A stretch of DNA of 64,000 bases from Bilabrum cf. latius (Eukaryota): positions 434,001-498,000 of the forward strand of contig OZ237772.1 in assembly GCA_965178125.1 (NCBI GenBank), in the 5' to 3' direction. Of this stretch, positions 49,293 to 60,058 are shown one piece after another (position 1 is the stretch's first letter; each line of letters begins with the position of its first letter). Below the pieces are notes generated by a model that saw only the letters and a program-made list of their open reading frames with translations, did no database searches and was not told where the DNA came from. Made by a program: the position numbers and the translations under genes.

Positions 49293-50627
49293 TCAACCCA
49301 TCATGGGCATGCCCCCACCCATCATGGGCATGCCCCCGCCCATCATTGGCATGCCACCACCCATGGGCATGCCTCCCCCTGCACCCATCATGCCTCCCAT
49401 CTGCTGCATCTGCGCCTGCCTCTGCGCCTGCATCTGCTGCATCTGCTGGGCCTCCTTCATCGCTGCTTCCACGTCTACGCCAAGCATTTGCAGTGCAGCC
49501 ACGAGCTCAGCCTCCATCTGCTGGGCCGCGCTCTCAACCGCCCTGTTCACGCGCCCCTTCACCTCTGTCTCCAAGGGGCCACCCTTGGGCCCTGCCCCCC
49601 CTCCCCCCCCTAGGGCAGCCAGCATCTGGGGGGGCAGCCCGGGAGGCAGCTGCGGGCCTGCATCTCCCGCGCCCCCCTTGGCAGCCGCGGGATCGAATCC
49701 CTCTGCCTCGTCGATTCTTTTTGCCTCTCGCACCAGGCCGTTGAGTGCCATGCCCCACTGCTGCAGCAGCGCTGTCTCGGAGCACGTCTTCTTCACAGCC
49801 TTCTGCATGCGGTCCAGTCTGGTGCCCATGGCCTGCACCACCTCGAACCCGCCCATCTTGGGGAACTCGGCAGCCATCGCCTCCAGCTCGTCCACAGACC
49901 TTCGGACCTGCTTGCCCGTCTCCACCGCCGCTGCCATGTCGATGGTGTCCATGGCCGCCTCCAGCATCTTCTTGTCCATCAAAAAGGGCGCCAGCACCCG
50001 CCGCAACCGGAAGCCCGCAGCCACCACCTTCTGGGCCTGCGCACTCGTCACACCGTGCGGCAGGCTGGCGTCGTCTTCCTCGCCCTCCTCACCCTCCTCA
50101 CCCTCCCCCGACGGGTCATCCTCCTCGCCTGACGCGTGCCTTGCGACCTTGGCTGCGTGCGCCGCCTCGATCGCCTCCCAGGCGGCCTTCACCTGCTCCA
50201 GCTTGACCTGATGCGCCTTGAGGGCCTTCTGCTCCGCTTCGTGGAGCAGCTCCAGCACCTGCTTCGCTACGCCATCTCCAGCTGCGGCTGCCACATCTGG
50301 TTTTGTTTTTCGTAGGATTGCACGCGCAGCTGTGAGCATCTTTGTATTCCTTTCCATGTCTGCCGCAACGTCGGTTAGAAACGAGCTGACCTTGCCGGGT
50401 TGAACGTCTACCGTGGCTCGAGGAGTCAGTACCATTGATATTGTACTCCATTGGTAGTATGCCCAAGCTAGGGCTGCAACGGCTGCGGTGGCACCTGCAC
50501 CATACGTGACTGCTCGGCGACCAGGGTTGCTGTGCAGCATAGCACGCAGAGACGGCATCTTATCGGTCAGGCTGGCCACAGCGCCCCTTAATGTGTCGAT
50601 CGATGCGTACTCGAGAAGGCCGCTCAT
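49293..50627 (-). CDS. Hypothetical protein with N-terminal TM anchor, helical body and GGM-repeat tail
   Basis: ATG at 50627; hydrophobic segment AAVAALAWAYY; C-terminal (GGMPMM)n; ends TGA. Confidence 0.75.
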   Translation of the reverse strand: MSGLLEYASIDTLRGAVASLTDKMPSLRAMLHSNPGRRAVTYGAGATAAVAALAWAYYQWSTISMVLTPRATVDVQPGKVSSFLTDVAADMERNTKMLTAARAILRKTKPDVAAAAGDGVAKQVLELLHEAEQKALKAHQVKLEQVKAAWEAIEAAHAAKVARHASGEEDDPSGEGEEGEEGEEDDASLPHGVTSAQAQKVVAAGFRLRRVLAPFLMDKKMLEAAMDTIDMAAAVETGKQVRRSVDELEAMAAEFPKMGGFEVVQAMGTRLDRMQKAVKKTCSETALLQQWGMALNGLVREAKRIDEAEGFDPAAAKGGAGDAGPQLPPGLPPQMLAALGGGGGAGPKGGPLETEVKGRVNRAVESAAQQMEAELVAALQMLGVDVEAAMKEAQQMQQMQAQRQAQMQQMGGMMGAGGGMPMGGGMPMMGGGMPMMGGGMPMMG

Positions 50628-50737
50628 ACTGAATCGGGACGATGTAGTATTTGCACAGAGGGACAAGTTGTCCTTTGGTCCTGCGGAACCGTCTTTGCGT
50701 GGCGCCGTGCACGATCCTCGGATTTCACTAGGCTGCA

Positions 50738-51757
50738 ATGTCGTCTAAAGAGTTGGATTTGCGATGCGACTTGGATGATGCACAGTTTGGTGTAAGTTGG
50801 CGCTTCTTGCATTGCGGATGTGTCATTGTTGCACGTCATGATAGTATTTCACCATCGTTGCTGGTATTCGCATGCTCGCAGCAATTGCTCAAGATGTGTT
50901 TTCAGCGGTACATTGGTATGGATGACACAATATCAGATACTTCCATCGTTGGCAGCATTTATGGTGCCAGTGGGGAATCTAGCATGTCGCACTCCCCGAA
51001 GCGAAGTTCTGCAGACGTGAGCGGGGCCATTGGCGCAAGGTAGGCTACGATCGCAACAGCTTCTAGGCTAGTAGACGCAGCTAGTGTATTGCTAGGGGCT
51101 GCTGCTGCGAGCGATTGGGATGGCCCGGTCCTGTCTAGCGCATTGCGAGAAAAGGTAGACATCGAACCCAAGCATGCGGCTGTGGTAGAGGACTTTTGGA
51201 GGCAGGCCCGCAGCAAGGTGAGAGGATTACAAATCACCGTTTACGTTGCGTAATGAGCATGTTTGCCCGCATTCTGCCTGGTTGGTCCTGGTAGTGCACA
51301 CGGGCTCTTGCTCTGCTCATGTCGAGACCCTCGCCCGATGCACCGCGCCTCCTACAGATCCCTACACCATTAGCATGATGAACTATCCCACGCGCAGGCA
51401 AGAGCCATACTGGCTACTCGGACCATCTGGCATGACACTGCAGCCGGGCTGCGATGGAGGGTTGGTGTGACGACTGCCAGCCGGAAACCGCACGGTGCGG
51501 GTGCGGGGGAGGCATCGGCGACTGGTGAAGGGGAGGGGGAGGGGGAGGAGGGAGAAGAGGCCGAGCCGAAGGCGGTGCTGGAGCTGAGGAAGGGTGCCAG
51601 GGAACTCGGAGCCGATGCGGGCGGAGGCGGGGGTTCGTCAGCTCCTCTTCGGGTGGAGCTCAGTGCCGATGAGCTGGCTCGGCTAGTGGGGCGAGTGGAT
51701 GAGGCCATCGCCGCTGTGGAGCATGGGGGAGGAGGGGGCCAGGGGGGCGGGAAATAA
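50738..51757 (+). CDS. COMMD1: COMM-domain protein, COMMD1-like (introns 50792-50881, 51218-51397)
   Basis: The spliced product HAAVVEDFWRQARSKARAILATRTIWHDTAAGLRWRVG...AVLEL...VEL resembles COMMD1; TAG at 51041 is read through; ends TAA. Confidence 0.75.
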
Positions 51758-51957
51758 TGGACTTGATTATTAACTTGCTTGTGTGTCAATCAGCTGAATC
51801 GTGTTTGTTTGCAGTGGAGGGCTGTAGACCAGGTGCATGCGAATGCCAAGTGCATGCCCAGCTTAGTGGTGATACATTGTTGCATCAAGCACGCAGCCGC
51901 CTCGTTCTCCGCTCCCTTCCTCCCTCCCTTCCTACCTACCCCGCCCATGTCCGCACC

Positions 51958-54900
51958 TCAGTCACGCCCCCCCACGCTCACCTCTGTCCCCCCGCCCATC
52001 CGCCCTCCATCCCACTCCCGCACGCCCCACCAGTCCCCCCTCGGGGTCGCCTGCCCCCAGTCGGCAGGTAGCCCCCCCAGTTTGTGAAGGAACCCGCGCC
52101 CCCCCTGCTGCCACCCAACCGGCTGTCGGAACGATTTGCGACCATCTTCGAGCAGCATGCGGTGCCTGCCTCTACCAGCCGCAGACACACTCGTCACACC
52201 TGCCAGCCGGAGCCTCCGCAGCCATCCCTGCTCCGCATCGGCAGCCCCCTGTTCCCCGGCCCGGGCCTCCCGCCAGCTCAGTGTGGAAGGCAATCCACCG
52301 GTGGATCCGGCACTCGACCCAGCAGCTGCCCGTCCCGAGCCCCTCGGTGATCGAGCGGCACTGGCGCCGCGCACTCCCACGGGCGAGTCGTTCTTCATCT
52401 TTGTCGTCGTGCTCGTGCCCCGCACCTGCACCGAAACGAGAGAGCCTGATCCCCTGTCAGAGTCCGAGGGCTTCCCGACCGCTTCCCCGAGACTGGCAGG
52501 GGCAGGGCCAGCCAATGGCCGAGATGAAGATGAAGGCGTAGTACCGAGAGAACCACCCCTAGCCATTGACCTGCCACTGCCGCTGCCTCTGCCAGCGAGG
52601 GCCAGGGGGGGCACGCGGGCACCCATCCCCGACTTCCAGCTCCGAATCGGAGACTCGTCCGTGGCCCCGGAGCCAGAATAGTCCACGGCCCCCGGACTCA
52701 GCGTCCGTACAGCCACTGCCCCATCGGCCCCCGCGCTCACCACGGTGCTTCCCCCTGCTACCGCCAGGCCAGTCACTGCCCCCAGGTGTTCGTCCAGCAC
52801 ACCCGCGTGCAGCAGACCCCCATCTCGTCTTGAGGCCGCCCAGCACCGGACCCTGCAGTCTCCTCCTCCCGCCAGCACCCCCCTCCCCCCTGCGAAGAAA
52901 CTCGCCCGCTCCAGCCACCAGAACGACCGCTGGGCCGCTGCCAGGGGGGCATCGGCCATGCGGACATCGAACACCCGGGCAAACCCGTCCCCACCCGCAG
53001 TGACCACCCGCATGCCGTCCTGCGACCACTGCGCGTCATAGCACCGGTACCTGTGCCCCTCCAGAGCCAGGGAACAACGGGACGGAGAGACCCGTCCCGC
53101 CGGGCCTCGGGCCCGCCCCCCCCTGCTCCCCCCCTCTCCGCGTCCCCACGGTGACTCCCTCTCGTCCCAAATGCGGACTACTGGCTCGAAACCGCACGTT
53201 ACATACACACCCGGCGTGGTTGGATCCGCAGCCACTCTGTATGCCACACCTGATTGCGCCATCCAAGCGCGCCTCGTCTGCGCAGTGGCGGCGTCAACGA
53301 GCATGATGTGCCCGCCGTCTGTGACGCACGCCAGCGTGTCAAGCCCGGAGGGTGACCGGGCCAGCTGCAGGTGGTTTACTGGGTGACCCACAGAGGGGGA
53401 TAGGTCCATCGCCAACCGAGGTTCCGCAGCGGCGCCGCGCATTTGCCCCGCAGGACCATGGGAGTCTCCGGCAGCATCATCAGCTCTCCCCCTCCCCCTC
53501 GCTCTCCCCCTGCCAGTGGCTGGCAGCCCCTCCACGACCTCCCGTGCTCCCTCGCCCAGCACCGCCTCATGCACCCGCAAAGTGCACTCCATCCCCGCCC
53601 CCACCGCGCTTGACGCCACCAGAGATACTTCATCCCCGCCCGTGCCGCCGGCCTCTCTCCTGCACGGCACGTAGCACGCCCCCAGCACCATGGCATCTGG
53701 ATGTGCCGCGGGGATGCGCAGCGCCGGACACGCCTCCTCCCACTCAGGACCGGGCGAACTCGTCACACTGCATCGCCTAAGCCAGCGCACGGTGACACCA
53801 CCGTGCCGCTCCCCCATGCACACCCGCAGCACGTCCCCACTCGTCACATCACCAGCACGCACTCTCGATTGATGACCTGTGGCATCATCCTCTGCATCCC
53901 CGTTCTCCTCCCCAGTCGGCATCAGTGCACCCTCCATGTGTACGGCGGCGCCGCGCGCTGGATTGCGGAACCGCCTGCGCTCGGCTCCGTGTGCCGGCGC
54001 CCGGGCGCACCAATGCGCCTCCAGTGCCGTCACGCAGTTCGGCGCCGCGCTTGCGGAACCAATGCGGGGTCGTCTCCTCCCTGCCGTACCCCGCCGCCCC
54101 CCAGCCCCCCTGACCCCCCGCCCCCCAGCCCCCCTGATCCCCGAGGGAGTACCCCCTACTCCCCGATGGGGGTAGGCTGGCCGGGGTGAGGGCCGGGACA
54201 ATTCTCCTGCACGACCACGACCACGACCAGCTGGACCCGCCACAGTGCCCTGCACCCCTCCAGCAGCGCCTCCACTTCTTGCAGTCTCCCTTCCCCACTT
54301 TCGCAAGCCTGGACTGGGAGCCACCCCCGGGGCAGGGAACAAGCTGCCCCTGAATCCACCCGCACCCCAGACGTACGGAGAAAGCAGTGCCAGCCTGACC
54401 CTGCGCCTGGCCGGCATGTGAGAGCCTGCAGCACCATGCAGTGCACCTGGGCAGTACACTGACTCGATCGCCTACCACGCAGCATCGTGGCGTGCTGCCT
54501 CCGCAAGTGCAGCGCACGATCGTGCAGCCCTTGCAACACCTTTGAGCCCCAGCATCCCGATGCTCCGTGCGAGCAGCTCCACCGGGAGCCTGGCGAGGCC
54601 CAGGCCCAGGGGCTGCGGCTACGAAGCAATGGCATCGCCACCCCCCACAGTGTTTGGAGGTGACTGCATGCTGCCAGTTGCATTGGTGGCTCGAGTAAAG
54701 GGGCGGGATGTGCCAGGGGGATGCTTGCCACTGTCACTGGCAGCATGAGCTCGTGGTGTGGCGCCTTTTCGCTTCCTGGAGGAGACTGAGCGCTTGAGTC
54801 TTGCCCGCTTTGTACGCTGCTTTGCCGAACCCATTGATATTGATACTGCGTCTGCAGCTGCGGGTGATCCCAAATCAGCCGGTTCCTCTTCACTGCCACC

Positions 54901-55152
54901 GGCAGAAGAGGGTGCATCGTCAGAGTCGGCCTCAGCACCGCTGGAACCTGACAACGCCTATCCTTTGGGATCTCTCTCCTCTTGCCTACGCTCCTTGGCT
55001 TCCTAGTGGAGTTGCTTGTACGTAATACCCCTGGGAAGCAGTCTCACTGGCTCCAATTTGCCGCGCAGGCGGTCTTGGGCTAGTTGCTCAAATCCACCTC
55101 GGAAGGATGCCTCCGTGGATTGTTGCTGCCTGCATCGAGGTCTAAAGCTCAT
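51958..55152 (-). CDS. F-box/WD40-repeat protein, 1064 aa
   Basis: F-box LARLPVELLARSIGML...HDAAW[TAG]AI; WD repeats (VRIWD, GH...VTAGGDGFARVFD); frame continuous through TAGs; ends TGA. Confidence 0.85.
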
Positions 55153-55294
55153 ATCTAGTATACAAAGACCATGCTGACCTTACCAATGCATCCAGCCTCT
55201 CTCGTTCTTGCGACTGTTGCTGTTGCAGTTCTTGCTGGCCCGGGGTGTGATGACTGCTGCTTCCTGCCACAATTGATGCGAGCAAAACAGCAAA

Positions 55295-56290
55295 ATGGCT
55301 GGCATTGGTCCGCAATCAGCTGCAAAAGGCCCCATAGTTGCAGTTGTAACGGCGTCAAGCAACTCGGGGGCAGCATGCGTGCGAGAGCTTCTTTCCGAAA
55401 AGCTTGTCGGCAAAGTAGGAGGCATTCGGGCTGCATTTCGATCTGAAGAGAAGGCATCGGCACTAAGCAAAGCTACGGATGGCATTACAAAGGTTCAAAT
55501 TAGCACTGGGATCGATGCATTCAAGCCTGACACCCTCGCTTCGGTGTTTGATGGCGCCGACGTGGCAGTCATTGTCACACCGCTTGACCACTCTAGAGGG
55601 TTTGCGGATGATTCCAAGCTGACAATCAACATGATCGACGCTGCCTATAAGGCTGGATGCAAGCACGTGGTGTACGTGGGCTCCTGGACGGTGCATTTCC
55701 AGGAGGAGGGCGGGGTGCCACTGCTGGCTGCTCGCTTCGCACCCGCCGAGGCAAGGCTTGCAAAACTAGCCGAGGGAGAAGGCACAGCGGCGCCCATGGG
55801 GCACACCATCTTACGCAGCGGCTACTTCATGCAGAATTTCCTAGCCGCCTTTGGATCTCTCAAGGAGGGCGCCGGGGAGGAGCTCCGTTTCATCGAAGCA
55901 GCCTTTCCCCCCGTCGATGTGCGAGACGTGGGGCGGCTGGCGGCGCATGCGGCGGTGGACCCAGGGGCGGGGAGGGGGGCGCGGGTGGTGCACGAGGTGA
56001 GCGGTCCCGAGATGCTGAGCACGGGGGAGATCGCGGCCGTGTTTGCCGAGGGGTTGGGGCGGGGAGTGAGGCACGTCAAGGTGGAGGCGGGTGCGATGGC
56101 GGGGGTGCTGCCCCCCGCTCTAGGGGAGCTGATGACGCACATGGAGGGCAAGGGCAAGGAGGCGATCCCTTTCAGTGACGTGGTGCAGGAGGTGACGGGG
56201 AGCGCCACGTCACTGGAGCAGTGGGTCCGGGAGAACAGGGGGGCCTTCGAGGTGGTTGGGAAGAAGGAGGGGGAAGAGGAGGTGGAGTGA
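55295..56290 (+). CDS. NmrA-like NAD(P)-binding atypical SDR
   Basis: VVTASSNSG, AAYKAGCKHVVYVGS, TILRSGYFMQN, VDVRDVG, EVSGPE. Confidence 0.88.
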   Translation: MAGIGPQSAAKGPIVAVVTASSNSGAACVRELLSEKLVGKVGGIRAAFRSEEKASALSKATDGITKVQISTGIDAFKPDTLASVFDGADVAVIVTPLDHSRGFADDSKLTINMIDAAYKAGCKHVVYVGSWTVHFQEEGGVPLLAARFAPAEARLAKLAEGEGTAAPMGHTILRSGYFMQNFLAAFGSLKEGAGEELRFIEAAFPPVDVRDVGRLAAHAAVDPGAGRGARVVHEVSGPEMLSTGEIAAVFAEGLGRGVRHVKVEAGAMAGVLPPALGELMTHMEGKGKEAIPFSDVVQEVTGSATSLEQWVRENRGAFEVVGKKEGEEEVE

Positions 56291-56564
56291 GTCTAAGTGA
56301 TGCAAGAGTGGCCTCGTTGCAAGAGTGGCCTCGTTGCTCGTGTTGTTTGGTATGCGTCGGATTCGGAAGCGAAAGATTGGTTGGTGGACCAATTTGAGCT
56401 TGACATACTCACATGCCTCACAAGAATGCTTTCAAACTTGCAGTCTGACAATCATACTCATGCCACGAACGATCGATGGCGCAGGTACTGGAATCTTTCT
56501 AGACCCTAGGCGAAGCCGTGTTGCCATTAATCGCTCCATCGACCGTTCCATCCATCCGGCTGGC

Positions 56565-57585
56565 TCACGACCCTCCGTCCATGGGAGTGGACCCATCGGC
56601 CCCCTCGCCCCCCTTGGCCCCCTCGTCCTTCGCCCCGCCTGCAGCGTGCTTGTCCTGCGCCTCCTTCAGCAGACGGTACATCTCGCTGCCGTCAGCAGCC
56701 ACCTCCCAGGCGAGCTGCTTGCCGTCGTTCGTGAGCGTGGGGTCAGCCCCCGCATCGAGCAGCACCTTGGCGACCTCGATGGCCTTGGCATCGCGCTGGC
56801 GCTCCAGCTCCACGTTCTGCATGTTCCCCGGGCGACTCATGCGCCCGAAGGAGAGCGCCACTCTGTGGAGGGGGGAGTTCCCCGTGCGGTCCCTCTTGTT
56901 GATGTCGGCACCGCACTCGAGGAGGATGCGCACGCTGTCCGGCTTGCAGAATGACGAGGCCACATGCAGGGCCGTGGATCCAAAGCGACCGCACCTGCGA
57001 GCAAAATTGAAACGCTGGTAATGTGCTCGGGTGATGTAGAGGGGGCACATGGGCGGAGGCTCGCCTGTCCAAGCCGGTTCGGGCGCTCATGCAAGTTCTA
57101 GGTGGACAAAACGCCGGGCAAATAGTTCCAGTTGGAAATCAAAAATTACGATACCGCCTCCGAGCGCGCATCAAGGCTAATTTCTGGGGCAAATCATTGT
57201 TTGACTGGGCGACAAACCGATAAATAGCTAGAACCCTTTGGTGAGCGGGAAGAGGCACCACCTGGTATACACTGGCAGCCAAGAATTAAACCAAAATACG
57301 GATATGGTGCATATGACCGTTAAAAACCCAGCGTTCCAGGAAGGATCGGTACGCAAACTGGTCCAGTCTCCGACGGAAACTACACTTCATACCAGCACAT
57401 CAACATCCTCACATGGCGTTCGGGTCGTGCTGTTTTTCCAGATCTTTTCTTCCAGCCTTAGAGTGTCTCAGCAAGAATCTAAGGGCACCAGTCCAGCTAT
57501 TCCGTGCAGCAGCATGCAAGGTTGTCAGCTTCTGAGGAGCCTCGGTGGGCGCACCGGCGGGAGCAGCAGCAGGAGCACCAGCCAT
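56565..57585 (-). CDS. Ankyrin-repeat protein (intron 56995-57412)
   Basis: Exon 1 TTLHAAARN; exon 2 GSTALHVA...GADIN...GNSPLH; GTGAG...GCAG splice is in frame; ends TGA. Confidence 0.85.
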
Positions 57586-57983
57586 TCTACAATAATTTGC
57601 TACACAGAACTTGATCCGGGTTAAATTGGCAGATACTAGCTCGAATGAACCAAGATCTCGGCAACTGCAGCGAGAGCCAAGCCGATCACAAGTTTCGAGA
57701 GCGATTTACACAGTACACGCTACTTACTCGTCAGGAAAGCTTGAGGTCCGAATGCCCCCGGTTGGACCGCAATAGACTGAGAAATCTCTCCATCAGTTCA
57801 ATAATAATAGCTTGTCAAACGCGCATGGCATGCGATGCTGTGCATGGGGGGATCCCCAGGCCCTGAGGATGTCTTCGGCCGACGCTGCTTCCACGGGCCA
57901 TAGCCCAGCCTGGTGCGCGTCACCCGATACGCAACGGCTCAGCAAGCACCCATTCACACACCGTGGACGTATGACCCCCTAGC

Positions 57984-58804
57984 TCACTAGTCCTTGCTCG
58001 CGCCCTTCGATTTGACCCACTCGTTGTACTCGGCCTCGCTCTTGCACCCGCTCGCCTCGAACACCTCAACCCAGTCGTCGCGCTCCTCCGATTTGACGCT
58101 GAAAAACTCGAATGTTCGGGCTTTGGTCCCGTCCATCGTGGGCACCAGCCCGTCTTCCACTTCGCCCATTGGTTCCAATCGAATCATGCTCTTGTCGCCC
58201 TTGTCGGCGATCGCCGCATATAAGCTCAGCCGAATGCTCCGTTTCTTGATGGGGTCTGACCCCAAGTCATAATCCTTCTCATTCTTGTAGTAGCACAACT
58301 GGCCGCTATCAATAACGATGAATCTTTCCTTCGTGGAAGCCATCTGCGCGAATGTACCGAGACTAAGTCGGAGAAGCTGTACAAGTGTGCGCCTCCACGG
58401 CGGCAAGACGATCCGAGCGCAACGCGCACGTTTCGATAGTAAAAACTGTACAATACTCAATTAAATTAGTACTAAGGTAGTTTAAGAGCCTCATATCTCC
58501 ATACGGATGAGATCGAACGGCAATGGGTCGCAGCATGCGGTCGCGGGCCTATTCAGCGTATGCCAGGACTGTCTCGAGCGACATACGCATCGAAAGCACA
58601 AGAAAGCTGAGACAAAGCCACTACATGCTGCAATGCGCACTCAAAGGTTTCTGCATGCCGTAAATCACCCCAGGATATTGTCCCGGAATCTGATCCTAGA
58701 GATCGACTTACCCAGCCCTCTCCCTTCTTCTTGAGGATACCAACAACTACCTGGTCTTCTGTGCCTTCGTCTGCACGAGACGCATCTCCTGTGGCCCCAG
58801 CCAT
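57984..58804 (-). CDS. Single PH-domain protein (intron 58344-58711)
   Basis: GILKKKGEGW|MASTKERFIVI...LCYYK...EERDDWVEVF; ends GAC TAG TGA. Confidence 0.85.
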
Positions 58805-59179
58805 CGCTAGAGTCTAGCTGGAAACAGGTGCCGATTCACGATTATCGAGAACCGATATATTTGTAACGAGTATTTTGACGAAACTTTTAATGGGGATTAA
58901 TACACTGCAATGCTTCGTATAGGATACTAAGAACAACTTCAGCATGGTTCACATGCGATCACTTATCAGCAGTTTGCCCCCAGCCACCAACCGTGGTCAG
59001 TGTGCCCCCTCCCCTCCACTTCCCCCTCTTGAAGGCTCCAGAGCCCAACATCGAAGCGAGGGGTAGGCCCCGTCAGGTGGTTGCCGCAAGGCATTACACA
59101 CAGGTTCTACGCGACTTCAAGAGCAGAAGCGGTATCCCGCAGCAGAGGTCAGCCTCGCCTGACGCCACATGCCTCGGTG

Positions 59180-59782
59180 TTATCTGCTCCTGCTAGAATG
59201 GGCAGGCTCCCCCTCCGACACGACGTCTCCAAGAGTCATGGCGCGGTGATGCCTCGACCCATCGACCCTTTCAATTCCTACTTGTCCGTCTTTCAGCTGA
59301 CTACCCACCTCGCTGCCGCTGCGAGAGCCGAGGGCTACAGCAGCGGCTGCGCCCTGACCGGTTCCTGGCAATGTGACATGGCTGTCGCTGCTATCAGCAT
59401 TGTCCGGCTCCGGGGTGTAGCCTGCAAACCGTGACAAGAATCTGAATGCCCGTCCAGCAAATTTTGACGCTACCCCACTATCCGTCCGTTCACCATCCAT
59501 TTTCGCACTAGCGTGCTCCTCGCCGATCGACTGCACCTTAGTCGAATGCGAATGGTGGGGCATGCTATTCATACTATGGTCAAAATCAGTCGACCTAGGA
59601 CCGCTAGCGCTCAAAGTATCTGAATGTTCGCCGCTGCCAAGTGATCGATGCTGCCTGTGTTTACTCGAGTGGTGCTTCGCTGATACGTCCAAACGGTGGG
59701 CCCCAGCGTCCGAATGACGAATTCCAACTGTTCGAGATGTTAAAATTGCGAGAAAGAGGACCGCACAAGCCATCAGCCGCAT
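59180..59782 (-). CDS. Putative secreted His/Ser-rich protein (200 aa)
   Basis: Signal-peptide-like MRLMACAVLFLAIL; ends TAA; no domain recognised. Confidence 0.5.
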   Translation of the reverse strand: MRLMACAVLFLAILTSRTVGIRHSDAGAHRLDVSAKHHSSKHRQHRSLGSGEHSDTLSASGPRSTDFDHSMNSMPHHSHSTKVQSIGEEHASAKMDGERTDSGVASKFAGRAFRFLSRFAGYTPEPDNADSSDSHVTLPGTGQGAAAAVALGSRSGSEVGSQLKDGQVGIERVDGSRHHRAMTLGDVVSEGEPAHSSRSR

Positions 59783-60058
59783 GGTAATCTTTGGAAAGCC
59801 AGCTCTGGCTTCCTTGCGGTTGCAACCGCCTTGCACTTTCAAGAAGAAGATTAAAACCTAGTAGATACGGTCGCGCTCAAGCCACTGTTACACGCATGAT
59901 TGGAATCAATAAACACGAGTGCGCCCGAGCAGCATGCCGCGGTTGGAGTGGGTGAACTCCAGGCACACCGTCAGGAGCAGCGGCTCCATCCATGCAGGCA
60001 GGCAGGCAGCCTGCAGCCAGCCCAGGGCCAGCACGAACCAACTCGTCGCACCTGCCCC

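Noticed and set aside
57140-57190. Loose resemblance to U4 snRNA
   Set aside because: Only short partial matches; I could not identify the U6-pairing stems or the overall architecture.
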